Below, piece after piece: positions 1 to 8,542 of a stretch of 64,000 nucleotides of DNA. The notes beneath the pieces were generated by a model. The model ran no database searches. It was not told the origin of the DNA and worked only from the letters and a program-made list of their open reading frames with translations. The DNA comes from Ignavibacteria bacterium (GTDB lineage Bacteria > Bacteroidota > Ignavibacteria > UBA10030), in contig VGVZ01000008.1 in NCBI GenBank assembly GCA_016873805.1, positions 2,592 through 66,591 on the forward strand, in the 5' to 3' direction. The position numbers and the translations under genes were made by a program. Each line of letters opens with the position of its first letter. Position 1 is the first letter of the stretch.

Positions 1-150
1 ACGACTTTACCCTGGAGCTTTGAGAGGGTGACAGCACTCCCCTTGCCTGTCTCGAGAGTGAAATCAGGCGCCTTCTTGGAATTGCCGGAGGCAAGCAAGC
101 TGCCGACGGTGAGTGTGAGCACGAGCATTACTGTCAGAAATCTTCGCATG
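1..150 (-). CDS. Partial CDS, N-terminus only, of a TlpA/ResA-like thiol:disulfide oxidoreductase (thioredoxin fold). The gene continues beyond the window start.
   Basis: Reverse-strand translation from the ATG at 150 gives MRRFLTVMLVLTLTVGSLLASGNSKKAPDFTLETGKGSAVTLSKLQGKVV. This is a signal peptide followed by the APDF(T/S)L...L..L.GKVV motif typical of TlpA/AhpC-TSA family periplasmic redoxins. An AT-rich putative promoter region lies at 151-240. The + strand ORF 28..303 on the opposite strand has no recognisable features. Confidence 0.45.
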
Positions 151-180
151 GAAATCCTTTCGACTGAAAATGTCCTGGAA

Positions 181-194
181 AATATAACAACAAA
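181..194 (-). promoter_or_regulatory. Promoter-like AT-rich motif TTTGTTGTTATATT (read on the - strand), about 30 nt upstream of the TlpA-like start codon. The same 14-mer occurs at 12165..12178.
   Basis: Seen directly. The + strand sequence aatataacaacaaa at 181-194 is the reverse complement of TTTGTTGTTATATT. It resembles the Bacteroidetes-type -33 TTTG / -7 TAnnTTT promoter architecture. Confidence 0.3.
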
Positions 195-367
195 GTTCCA
201 CAATTCTATCCTGAATCGGGGAAAATTCGCGTCCATCATCATTTCCGAGCGCTCAGACACGAAGGATGAAGCCGCGGATCGCGTTTCGATGAGACTCTCC
301 TAGGGATGGGATGCATGTATCTCCGTCGGAGATTCATCGTTGCAGGGATTGTCGCGAGTGATTCGGT

Positions 368-874
368 TCAATATTCGAAGGATGCGGGGTCGAGGGGACT
401 AGGGGTAATCCGCCATTCTTCGCGATGAGCGTCGAATTCCCCGATTTTGCTCAGCGGCAGTTTGATATATTTCCCGGTCGCCGTGGCGGCGACGGTTCCG
501 TCTGGCAACAGGATTTCCCCTGTTCCTTCAAACGAGCGGCTATCTCCGGAGACGATTCTTCCCACGACGCGCAGTTGCTGATTGAGAGGGATCGGTTTCC
601 GGAACTTGGTTGCGATTTCCAGCGTCACGCCCCAGAAGTCGGCGTCGTACCGCATCATGATTGCTCGTCCGATTGTCTCGTCAAGCACACCTGCGGCCGC
701 GCCGCCGTGCAGACGTCCGGGATAACTCTGGTGGTGGTCGCGAGGCGTGAACGTGGAGACGATCTCTTCGTTTTCGAGTTCATAGAAGAACGTCTTGAGC
801 CCAAACTCGTTTTTCAATCCGCACACGAAACACATGCGGGAGTTGGGCTGTTTCCGATGGACACGGGCAATCAC
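368..874 (-). CDS. Hotdog-fold acyl-CoA thioesterase (PaaI/YbgC-like thioesterase superfamily)
   Basis: 168-aa ORF. The central HGG..A...D.. region (HGGAAAGVLDETIGRA) and the overall length fit the PaaI-like hotdog thioesterase family. It lies in a - strand operon with the GtrA and CDP-alcohol phosphatidyltransferase genes. Confidence 0.65.
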   Translation of the reverse strand: MIARVHRKQPNSRMCFVCGLKNEFGLKTFFYELENEEIVSTFTPRDHHQSYPGRLHGGAAAGVLDETIGRAIMMRYDADFWGVTLEIATKFRKPIPLNQQLRVVGRIVSGDSRSFEGTGEILLPDGTVAATATGKYIKLPLSKIGEFDAHREEWRITPSPLDPASFEY

Positions 875-875
875 G

Positions 876-1322
876 CTACGATCCTTTGGAAGATGAGTGT
901 GTCTCGTGGGTTTTGAAGATAACGTTGTGTTGGAGCGAGAAGTTCACGAGTCCCGTCACGGAGAGCGCGAGGAGGTTACAGATCACGACGTGGAATCCGG
1001 TGAGATATTCTACGGCGAGGAGGAGAATGAGCTTGAGTCCGAAGACGAGCAAGCTGTTCAGGTTGTAGGCAAGGAAGCGAAGAACGAAATCTCGGCGTGT
1101 CCGCTGGACCCGTTCCTTCCAGATCCAGAAATACGAGAGGGTGTAGTTGTTCAGTACCGCCGCCTCGAACGAAATCGACGGAGCGATGATGTACTGGCCC
1201 ACGTAGGTTTCGAAGACGGCGCTCGCCAGGAACCAGAGAACGATGGTGTCGACCACTGTCCCGGTAAAGCTCGACCAGAAGAATTTTCCGAAGCGGCTGA
1301 GGATCGAAGGCGCGGAGGACAT
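876..1322 (-). CDS. GtrA family membrane protein (polysaccharide/glycolipid synthesis accessory)
   Basis: 148 aa with four predicted TM helices. Motifs FGKFFWSSFTGTVVDTIVLWFL and LRFLAYNLNSLLVFGLK fit the GtrA-like family. Confidence 0.6.
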   Translation of the reverse strand: MSSAPSILSRFGKFFWSSFTGTVVDTIVLWFLASAVFETYVGQYIIAPSISFEAAVLNNYTLSYFWIWKERVQRTRRDFVLRFLAYNLNSLLVFGLKLILLLAVEYLTGFHVVICNLLALSVTGLVNFSLQHNVIFKTHETHSSSKGS

Positions 1323-1331
1323 GAGTGCCGC

Positions 1332-2003
1332 CTACCGGGATTCCGATTTCCTCAGTCGGGCCCCGACGACAAGGGTAACAACGACAAAGGTGGCGATCAA
1401 CGTGATGCCGAAGAAGAGCGCGATCACGTCGTAGACGGTCGTATCGCCGATGAACGTCGACACGCGAGGATTGCCGATGAAAAAGATGAGAGTGTTGACG
1501 AGAATGACGAAGATCCGAATTTCCGTTGTGCCGATCCTGCTGTACGTCATCTGGAAGATTCCGGTGACGTGCAGACGCACGTAGACCGAGACGGACATCA
1601 GGAGATATCCGGAGAGGGCTACCATGGCGAAATCAAATCGGACATAGGGAGAAAGTCCGATCCCGGCGCCGATGAGGAATCCGCCGAGGACATCGAGCGA
1701 ATGGTCGATGAAGAACCCGTACTTCGGGCGTTCTTCGCGCCGATGACGGGCGAGCGTTCCGTCCAGACTGTCCCCAAACCAATTGAGAACCCAGCCGAAG
1801 CTCGCAAGCCAGAGAAACCACGGTGAGAGGATCGTCAGCCCGTATGAAACCGCACTGAGGATTGCAGCGAAGAAACCAATGCCGGTGAGGAGGTCGGGGG
1901 TCACCCAGCGGGGGGTCCGGGGAGCGAGCCACCTCAAGGCCGCTTGTTCGGGGATTTCGAGAAGCATGTTGCTGACTCGCGTATGCTTGGGGTGGTGTTC
2001 CAT
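1332..2003 (-). CDS. CDP-alcohol phosphatidyltransferase family protein
   Basis: Contains the diagnostic D-G-x2-A-R-x8-G-x3-D-x3-D motif (NWFGDSLDGTLARHRREERPKYGFFIDHSLDVLGG). The ORF track gives 1332..2390. The likely true start is the ATG at 2003 (MEHHPKH...), because the upstream 128 codons lack family similarity. 1964 is an alternative start. Confidence 0.75.
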   Translation of the reverse strand: MEHHPKHTRVSNMLLEIPEQAALRWLAPRTPRWVTPDLLTGIGFFAAILSAVSYGLTILSPWFLWLASFGWVLNWFGDSLDGTLARHRREERPKYGFFIDHSLDVLGGFLIGAGIGLSPYVRFDFAMVALSGYLLMSVSVYVRLHVTGIFQMTYSRIGTTEIRIFVILVNTLIFFIGNPRVSTFIGDTTVYDVIALFFGITLIATFVVVTLVVGARLRKSESR

Positions 2004-2344
2004 GCCGGACGATCTTTCGGAGTATGTTGAACCGTCACGCAGAGGAAAGTGATCGGGGTGGAGAAACCCCGGAGCCCTGTCGATTCGGATACGCAAAAGT
2101 ACATTTCGTTCACGCCAATGTCCACAGCGATGCGCGTTGCCGAAGGAGTTCGATAGCGATGCAATGAGGATTCGTTCGAAGGGTGATGTCGATTTGCGAT
2201 TCTCAAGGAAGAGATTTCGAGGAGGTGATGCGATTTGGCGCGCGACGGAAGAGCGTTGGCCGAATCGGGAAGAGCGGTTTGGATCACAATAGAGGGTCGT
2301 TTTCTTGCTTTTCCCTTCAATTCTGGCTACTTTTTTTGGAATCC

Positions 2345-3310
2345 ATGAAAAAACATGATCTTTATGTCGGTATAGATGGCGGCGGTTCAAAAACTGCCGT
2401 TGTGCTGGCGGATCATCAGGGCATCACGCTTGCGCGCGTCAGCGGCGGACCATCCAACTTTCAAATCATCGGCACGGAAAAGGCTTCGAGTGTCGTCTTT
2501 TCGCTCATCGAGCATTGCTGTGCGACAACCCGTTACTCGATGAACAGTATTGTCTCGATCGTCGCGGGGTTGAGCGGGGCGGGGAGAGAGTCAGATCGGA
2601 GCCGGATGCGCGACGCGCTCATTGCCCGAGCCCGCCGGTCTGGAATCACCTTCGGCCATCTCGTGATTGAGAGTGATGCCCGCGTCGCGCTGGAAGGAGC
2701 GTTTCGTGGAAAGCCGGGGACCATTTTGATCGCCGGTACCGGTTCCATTGCCCTCGGCAAAGCACTGAACGGCTCGATTCATCGCGTGGGGGGGTGGGGG
2801 AGAGTGATCGGCGACGAAGGGAGCGGATACGCGATCGGGCAGGAGAGTTTGAACGTCGTCAGTCGGCACCATGACGGAAGGATTTCCGCGCCCGTTCTGG
2901 CGAAGCTTATTGCAGAACGATTCGGCCTCGATGCACAGGAGCGGATCATCACCGCGGTGTACCGCGAACAGTTTGATTTGGCCTCGCTCGTTCCCGTTGT
3001 CTTGGAGGCGGCCGAGAAGGGGGATGTCGAATCGCGGAGAATCGTCACCCACGCGGCGGTACAATTGAGCGAAATGGTCCGTGCTCTCGTCCTCAAGCTC
3101 GAGGGTGCCAGCCGCGGAATGAGGCGACAGAAACTCCCGCTGGCCATGCTGGGAGGATTGCTGACGAACGAAACCGTGCTCACGAAAATCCTCGCTCAGA
3201 AAATCGTCTTCTCGCTCCCGCAGATCACGATTTCAAACGCAGAACTTCCTCCAGAGGAGGGAGCGCTGCTCCTTGCAATGCACACGGCAAAAACATCGAA
3301 CTGGGTATGA
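2345..3310 (+). CDS. BadF/BadG/BcrA/BcrD-type ATPase; N-acetylglucosamine / MurNAc kinase-like sugar kinase
   Basis: LYVGIDGGGSKT phosphate-1 motif, ILIAGTGS and GDEGSGYAIG motifs of the ASKHA/BadF family. The ORF track starts at 2183. A start at the ATG at 2345 (MKKHDLYVGIDGGGS) is favoured. The stop overlaps the start of the next gene (ATGA at 3307-3310). Confidence 0.7.
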   Translation: MKKHDLYVGIDGGGSKTAVVLADHQGITLARVSGGPSNFQIIGTEKASSVVFSLIEHCCATTRYSMNSIVSIVAGLSGAGRESDRSRMRDALIARARRSGITFGHLVIESDARVALEGAFRGKPGTILIAGTGSIALGKALNGSIHRVGGWGRVIGDEGSGYAIGQESLNVVSRHHDGRISAPVLAKLIAERFGLDAQERIITAVYREQFDLASLVPVVLEAAEKGDVESRRIVTHAAVQLSEMVRALVLKLEGASRGMRRQKLPLAMLGGLLTNETVLTKILAQKIVFSLPQITISNAELPPEEGALLLAMHTAKTSNWV

Positions 3311-6231
3311 CGGCAAATTCCCTTTCCCTCCGATCGATCTCCAACAAACTGTCGGCATCTATCGCCGGCCTTCTTCTCGGATTTGGTCTTTTCAGCTGTA
3401 CACCGGTTCAGCAAGTCTCGCGGCAATTGCCCGAGGAGCCGATTCCGGCCAATCCCATCAGTATTGAACAGATCGACCCGACGAGCAGCTGGGTCGTCGA
3501 CATCCTCGCCGGGATGTCGCTCGAGGAAAAGGCGGCTCAGGTTGTGTTCGCGCGGGCAGAAGGTTCATACCTCAGCTGGGACGATGAACGCTGGCAGGTG
3601 ATGGAGCGGCTGGCGAAGGAAGGAAAGATTGGGGGATTTGTTTTTTTTGCAGGGGATGTCTACGAGTATGCGGTGCACGCGAACAAATTGCAGGCACTCG
3701 CAAAGACTCCGCTCCTCATCGGCGCCGATTTCGAGTTCGGTGCCGCCATGCGTGTACGACGCGCCACACTCTTCCCGCGCGCAATGCTTGTCGGTGCCAC
3801 ACGCAATCCGGACTATGCCTATCGAATGGGGCGGGCCGTCGGCCGTGAAGCGCGTGCATTGGGAGTCCATCAGGTCTATGCGCCCGTCGTCGATATCAAT
3901 AACAATCCGCTCAATCCTGTTATCAACACCCGGGCATTCGGGGAGAATCCTCAGCTTGTTTCAGAAATGGGAATCGGGTTTGTCCGCGGGCTTCAAGAAG
4001 AAGGGGTTATCGCGACAGCGAAGCACTTCCCGGGACATGGGGACACAGGCATTGATTCTCACCTTGATCTACCGGTTCTGAATTTTAGCCGCGAGCGTCT
4101 TGATTCGATCGAGCTGGTCGTCTTCAAGAAGGCGATTCAGAACGGCGTGCTCTCGATCATGGTTGCCCATCTCGCCATTCCATCGCTCGAACCCTCGCGC
4201 GGCGTGCCGGCCACACTTTCCCACAACATCACGACGAAGATCCTGAGAGAAGAATTGGGATTCGAGGGGCTCGCCGTGACCGACGCAATGGAGATGAGAG
4301 GGCTTTCTCGGGGCTTTTCGAATGCTGAGGCGGCAGTCCGTGCGATCCAAGCGGGAGCGGACGCGGTTCTCCTGCCGCTGGATGTCGAGGGGGCAATCGC
4401 GGCGATTGTGGAGGCCGTTCGCCGAGGGACGATTTCGGAATCGCGTCTCGACAGTTCGGTGTGCCGAATCCTCGGTTTGAAAGAGAGTCTGGGGCTTGAC
4501 AAAGACCGATTCGTCTCGCTCGATAACGTCTTCAAAGTGGTGGGCACGGGCGATCACAGAAGATTGGCGCAGATCATCGCCCGCGACGGCGTGACCCTTC
4601 TGCAGAACAACCGAAGCCTCCTCCCGCTGCCGCGCAATCAGCGAAGAAGGATCTTGAGCATCTCGCTCTCTGACGCCGAGGATCCCTCCGCCGGGAATCT
4701 CTTTCGCTCGCTGGCCGCACGCCGGACCTACGGCATTCAGCATGTGAGGATTGACCCGCGCACGACCGCAGCCGAATTCGACGCAATCCTCCAGCGGGCG
4801 GGTGCGTCCGACATCATCCTGCTTCATCTATATGTGAAAACACGCTCGGGTGAAAACACCGGGACGCTCCAGAACCAGCATGCGCAGTTCATCGCGACCC
4901 TGCTGAAGCTGAAAAAGAAAACGGCGGTGATTTCGTTCGGAAATCCCTACATCGTCAGCGACATGCAGAGCGCGGATGCCGTTCTACTCGGGTACAGCGA
5001 AGCAGAGGTAGTAATCGAGGCGGCGGTTGAGATTCTCTTCGGCGAAGCGGATGCGCGGGGAAAACTCCCGATTTCGATTCCTCCCGCGTTTGCCTACGGA
5101 ACCGGAGTTGAACTGAAAAAATCAACGCTGCGCGAATCGGATCAATTCATCGTCGGATCGTCGCAGGACAGATTTTCCGATGTTGACGATGTGGTGGAGC
5201 AGGCGATCCGCGATTCTGCCTTCCCGGGAGCCGTCCTCGCGGTTGTGAAAGACGGCGTGCTGATCCATCACAAGGCGTATGGGAGGTATGAGTACGATCC
5301 GTTCGCGGACGCGATCACGACGGAAACGATGTTCGACCTCGCGTCTCTGACAAAAGTCGTTGCAACGACGAGCGCGGTCATGCGGTTGGTCGATGAGCAA
5401 TTGATCACGCTCGAGGATCCTGTCGCCAAACACCTCCCCGCGTTTGGACAAAATGGCAAAGAGAACACCACGATCTACAACCTCATGGTCCACAACAGCG
5501 GCTTGCCCGCGTGGAAAAGGTTCTACGAGTTCTGCAAAACGCCGCAGGAAGTAGTTGACTCGGTCTTTGCGAGCCCTCTCGTGTATCCGACAGGCGATTC
5601 CACCGCGTACAGCGACCTGGGATTCATTACACTGGGCAAGCTGGTCGAAAAAGTTGCCGGCGTTCCGATCGATCGTTACGCGGATTCTCTCTTTTTCAAA
5701 CCCCTCAACATGACGAACACGATGTTCAATCCGCCGGCAAGGTTCCTCGGCCGGATCGCGCCGACGGAGGTCGATTCGTTCTGGCAAAAAACCTACATGC
5801 CGGTGCGCGGCCGTGTCCACGATGAGAACGCAGCGGTTCTCGGAGGGATCTCAGGTCACGCGGGATTGTTTTCGACGGCGGGGGATCTCGCGATCATGAT
5901 GCAGATGCTGATGAACGACGGCGTCTATGGGGCCGATCGCTATCTTGCGGCAGAGACGATCCGTCGATTCACAAAGCGGCAGTCGTCCGCGAGTACGCGC
6001 GCCATCGGATGGGATACGCGCAGTCCGCTGCGGTCATGGTCGGGGAGTCTATTGTCCAATCGCACGTTTCTTCACACCGGTTTTACCGGAACGTCGATCG
6101 CGGCGGATCCTGAGCGCAATCTGGTCATCATCTTTCTCACGAACCGTGTCTATCCGACAAGAACCAGTACGAAGATTTCTGAAGTCCGTCCCCGCGTGCA
6201 CGATGCCGTCGTGCGCGCACTTTCAAACTAG
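3307..6231 (+). CDS. Fusion lipoprotein with an N-terminal glycoside hydrolase family 3 domain (NagZ-like beta-N-acetylhexosaminidase) and a C-terminal serine beta-lactamase/PBP-like hydrolase domain
   Basis: Lipoprotein signal (LLLGFGLFSC). GH3 N-terminal domain motifs include KHFPGHGDTGIDSHLDLPVL and the VAHL...P region. The C-terminal half has the class C beta-lactamase/esterase S-x-x-K motif (FDLASLTKVV) and HNSGLP. The gene is 974 aa. Confidence 0.85.
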   Translation: MTANSLSLRSISNKLSASIAGLLLGFGLFSCTPVQQVSRQLPEEPIPANPISIEQIDPTSSWVVDILAGMSLEEKAAQVVFARAEGSYLSWDDERWQVMERLAKEGKIGGFVFFAGDVYEYAVHANKLQALAKTPLLIGADFEFGAAMRVRRATLFPRAMLVGATRNPDYAYRMGRAVGREARALGVHQVYAPVVDINNNPLNPVINTRAFGENPQLVSEMGIGFVRGLQEEGVIATAKHFPGHGDTGIDSHLDLPVLNFSRERLDSIELVVFKKAIQNGVLSIMVAHLAIPSLEPSRGVPATLSHNITTKILREELGFEGLAVTDAMEMRGLSRGFSNAEAAVRAIQAGADAVLLPLDVEGAIAAIVEAVRRGTISESRLDSSVCRILGLKESLGLDKDRFVSLDNVFKVVGTGDHRRLAQIIARDGVTLLQNNRSLLPLPRNQRRRILSISLSDAEDPSAGNLFRSLAARRTYGIQHVRIDPRTTAAEFDAILQRAGASDIILLHLYVKTRSGENTGTLQNQHAQFIATLLKLKKKTAVISFGNPYIVSDMQSADAVLLGYSEAEVVIEAAVEILFGEADARGKLPISIPPAFAYGTGVELKKSTLRESDQFIVGSSQDRFSDVDDVVEQAIRDSAFPGAVLAVVKDGVLIHHKAYGRYEYDPFADAITTETMFDLASLTKVVATTSAVMRLVDEQLITLEDPVAKHLPAFGQNGKENTTIYNLMVHNSGLPAWKRFYEFCKTPQEVVDSVFASPLVYPTGDSTAYSDLGFITLGKLVEKVAGVPIDRYADSLFFKPLNMTNTMFNPPARFLGRIAPTEVDSFWQKTYMPVRGRVHDENAAVLGGISGHAGLFSTAGDLAIMMQMLMNDGVYGADRYLAAETIRRFTKRQSSASTRAIGWDTRSPLRSWSGSLLSNRTFLHTGFTGTSIAADPERNLVIIFLTNRVYPTRTSTKISEVRPRVHDAVVRALSN

Positions 6232-6284
6232 TGCCGCTCCCAAAAATAAATATTGTGTTGTGATCCGGGATCGGTTAGTGGGAG

Positions 6285-6300
6285 CGAGCACTAGTGCTCG
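6285..6300. promoter_or_regulatory. Perfect 16-bp palindrome CGAGCACTAGTGCTCG, 106 bp upstream of the rocA start. Candidate operator.
   Basis: Seen directly. CGAGCACT is the exact reverse complement of AGTGCTCG. A related half-site, GCACTAG, recurs at about 6352. Confidence 0.3.
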
Positions 6301-6405
6301 TTCCAACTTGATGCTCGATGATAGGACACAAGATTACTTTGTTGGAACGGCACTAGCGTCCACGAGAACACGAGAGGCGCATTGTTCTACAATCAAAGGT
6401 GATCT

Positions 6406-7962
6406 ATGCCACTGCGGAAGTTCAAAAACGAACCGTTTACCGAGTACACGAAATTGTCGAATCGCAAGGCGATGGAGAAGGCGCTTCGGAAGGTCCGGAG
6501 CGAGTTCAGTCTTGAGTACCCCCTTGTGATCGGCGGAGAAAAAATCTACGTCTCGTCGAAACTGAACTCGATCAATCCCTCAAATCCCCGTCAGATTGTG
6601 GGGGTGTTCCAGAAAGCGACGGCGACCGAAGCGGCGAAAGCCGTTGAAGTTGCCGCCCAGAAATTCGAGGAATGGCGATGGGTTTCTCCGAAAAAACGTG
6701 CGGAGTATCTGTTCAAGGCCGCCAAGCTGATGAGAAAACGGAAACATGAGTTCAGCGCCACGCTGGTCTTTGAGGTCGGAAAAACATGGCCCGAGGCGGA
6801 TGCCGATACGGCGGAAGCGATCGACTTCATGGAATTCTATGGCCGCGAGATGCTTCGTCTGGCAGCCCCTCAACCTCTCACGAAGATCGCGGGGGAGAAG
6901 AACGAACTTGAGTACATCCCGCTCGGCGTCGGCGTCATCATCCCTCCCTGGAATTTCGCGCTCGCAATCCTGGCCGGCATGGCATCGGCCGCTGTCGTGA
7001 CGGGGAATACCGTCGTGCTGAAGCCATCCAGCGATTCACCCCTCATCGGATACAAATTCTTCGATCTGATGTGCGAAGTTGGACTCCCCGACGGTGTCAT
7101 CAATTTCGTCACGGGTCCCGGAGGCGCAGTGGGCGACACGATGGTTGCCCATCCCAAAACGCGATTCGTTTCATTCACCGGTTCCAAAGAAGTGGGGATT
7201 CACATCTACGAGCTGGCGGCAAAAGTCCAGCCCGGTCAGAAATGGCTGAAACGCGTTGTCGCGGAAATGGGGGGGAAGGATTCAATCGTCATCGATGATG
7301 AAACAAATCTCGACGCGGCCGCGCAGGCAACCGTCGCTTCGGCGTTTGGATTCCAGGGACAGAAGTGCTCGGCGGCGTCGCGCGCGATTGTTGTCGAGAA
7401 GGTGTACGACAAATTCGTGCAACTGCTGAAGGAGAAAACCGAAAGGCTGAAGGTCGGCTCCGCGGACGATCCGGCGAACTACATGGGTCCGGTCGTCAAC
7501 AAGGGATCCGAAGAGAAGATTCTGGAGTACGTTTCTGCCGGAATTCGTGAAGGGGGACGGTTGATCAGCGGCGGCGTGAAAGCATCGGGTGACGGATACT
7601 TCATTCGTCCGACGATCATTGCCGACGTCGACCCGATGGGGACAATTGCGCAGGAGGAAATCTTCGGACCGGTGATCGCGATTGTCAAGGCGAAGAACTT
7701 CGATCACGCGCTCGAGATCGCGAACAACACCGAATTCGGTTTGACCGGTGGTGTCTGGACGAAGAACAGAAAGAAGATCGAAAAGGCAAAGAAGGTCTTC
7801 CACGTCGGGAATTTCTATGTCAATCGGAAGATCACCGGAGCCCTTGTCGGCGTTCACCCATTCGGCGGTTTCAATATGTCGGGAACCGATTCGAAAGCGG
7901 GGGGAAGAGACTACCTGCTTCTCTTCACGCAGGCGAAAGTAAAATCGGAAAAAGTGAAGTAG
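6406..7962 (+). CDS. rocA: L-glutamate gamma-semialdehyde (1-pyrroline-5-carboxylate) dehydrogenase, RocA/PruA type
   Basis: The N-terminus FKNEPFTEY...YPLVIGGEKI...SINPSNP...EFSATLVFEVGKTWPEADADTAEAIDFMEFY is near-identical in pattern to Bacillus RocA. ALDH catalytic Cys and Glu motifs are present (MGGKDS, GQKCSA). Confidence 0.85.
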   Translation: MPLRKFKNEPFTEYTKLSNRKAMEKALRKVRSEFSLEYPLVIGGEKIYVSSKLNSINPSNPRQIVGVFQKATATEAAKAVEVAAQKFEEWRWVSPKKRAEYLFKAAKLMRKRKHEFSATLVFEVGKTWPEADADTAEAIDFMEFYGREMLRLAAPQPLTKIAGEKNELEYIPLGVGVIIPPWNFALAILAGMASAAVVTGNTVVLKPSSDSPLIGYKFFDLMCEVGLPDGVINFVTGPGGAVGDTMVAHPKTRFVSFTGSKEVGIHIYELAAKVQPGQKWLKRVVAEMGGKDSIVIDDETNLDAAAQATVASAFGFQGQKCSAASRAIVVEKVYDKFVQLLKEKTERLKVGSADDPANYMGPVVNKGSEEKILEYVSAGIREGGRLISGGVKASGDGYFIRPTIIADVDPMGTIAQEEIFGPVIAIVKAKNFDHALEIANNTEFGLTGGVWTKNRKKIEKAKKVFHVGNFYVNRKITGALVGVHPFGGFNMSGTDSKAGGRDYLLLFTQAKVKSEKVK

Positions 7963-7993
7963 GAGATATCTTGGCAACGCGGGGGAAAGAGCA

Positions 7994-8509
7994 ATGGCAG
8001 AACTCGGTGCGTGTTCCCAGTGCAGCGGCGACGTAACCGCGGACAGCGATTTTTGTCCCCATTGCGGTCTGTTGCTCGAAGCGGCAGGCGTCCAGCAATG
8101 TGAGATGCACCCCGACAAGGAAGCGCGCGGTGTCTGCATCATCTGTCATTCGCTGGTCTGCCGAAGATGTTCGAAACGGGTGATGGGGAGAATGTTCTGT
8201 AGCGACCACAAGGAGGTCGAGGTGGTCCAGGATTGGGCGAACGCGTTCGAGTCGACTGAAACCCATGAGGCCGATCTCGCGCGGTCAATCCTTGAATCGT
8301 GCGGTGTGAGCGTCCAGCTTCAGAATGCCCAGTCGATCGGATTCATCTGGGGAGCGGGAAGCGAGAGCGCAATTTCAAGAAGTCAAATCAACAAGCCGGT
8401 AAAGGTGTTCGTGCCGATTCCCGATTACCTTCGCGCCCTTCAGCAACTGGCGGAATGGAAATCGGGCGACGACGGATCGGACCGATCATCCGGAACGGCG
8501 AGCGAGTGA
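7994..8509 (+). CDS. Zinc-ribbon / B-box-like zinc-finger protein with a C-terminal DUF2007-like domain. It has a paralogue at 52045..52488.
   Basis: CSQC-x11-CPHCG zinc ribbon, then CEMHP...GVCIICHSLVCRRCS...FCSDH (Cys/His-rich, B-box-like), then a small alpha/beta C-terminal domain. It shares domain order and key residues with the 52045..52488 protein. Confidence 0.5.
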   Translation: MAELGACSQCSGDVTADSDFCPHCGLLLEAAGVQQCEMHPDKEARGVCIICHSLVCRRCSKRVMGRMFCSDHKEVEVVQDWANAFESTETHEADLARSILESCGVSVQLQNAQSIGFIWGAGSESAISRSQINKPVKVFVPIPDYLRALQQLAEWKSGDDGSDRSSGTASE

Positions 8510-8542
8510 TCCAACTCTGAACTATCCGCTGGAGAGCAATCA

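Noticed and set aside
28-303. + strand 91-aa ORF at the window start
   Set aside because: No recognisable features. The opposite strand encodes a convincing signal peptide plus a TlpA-like APDFTL...GKVV motif starting at 150. The 151-303 stretch is AT-rich promoter-like DNA.
897-1826. 309-aa acidic ORF on the + strand
   Set aside because: It lies entirely antisense to the GtrA and CDP-alcohol phosphatidyltransferase genes, which carry diagnostic motifs. It has low-complexity Glu/Asp/Arg-rich composition typical of antisense frames in GC-rich DNA.
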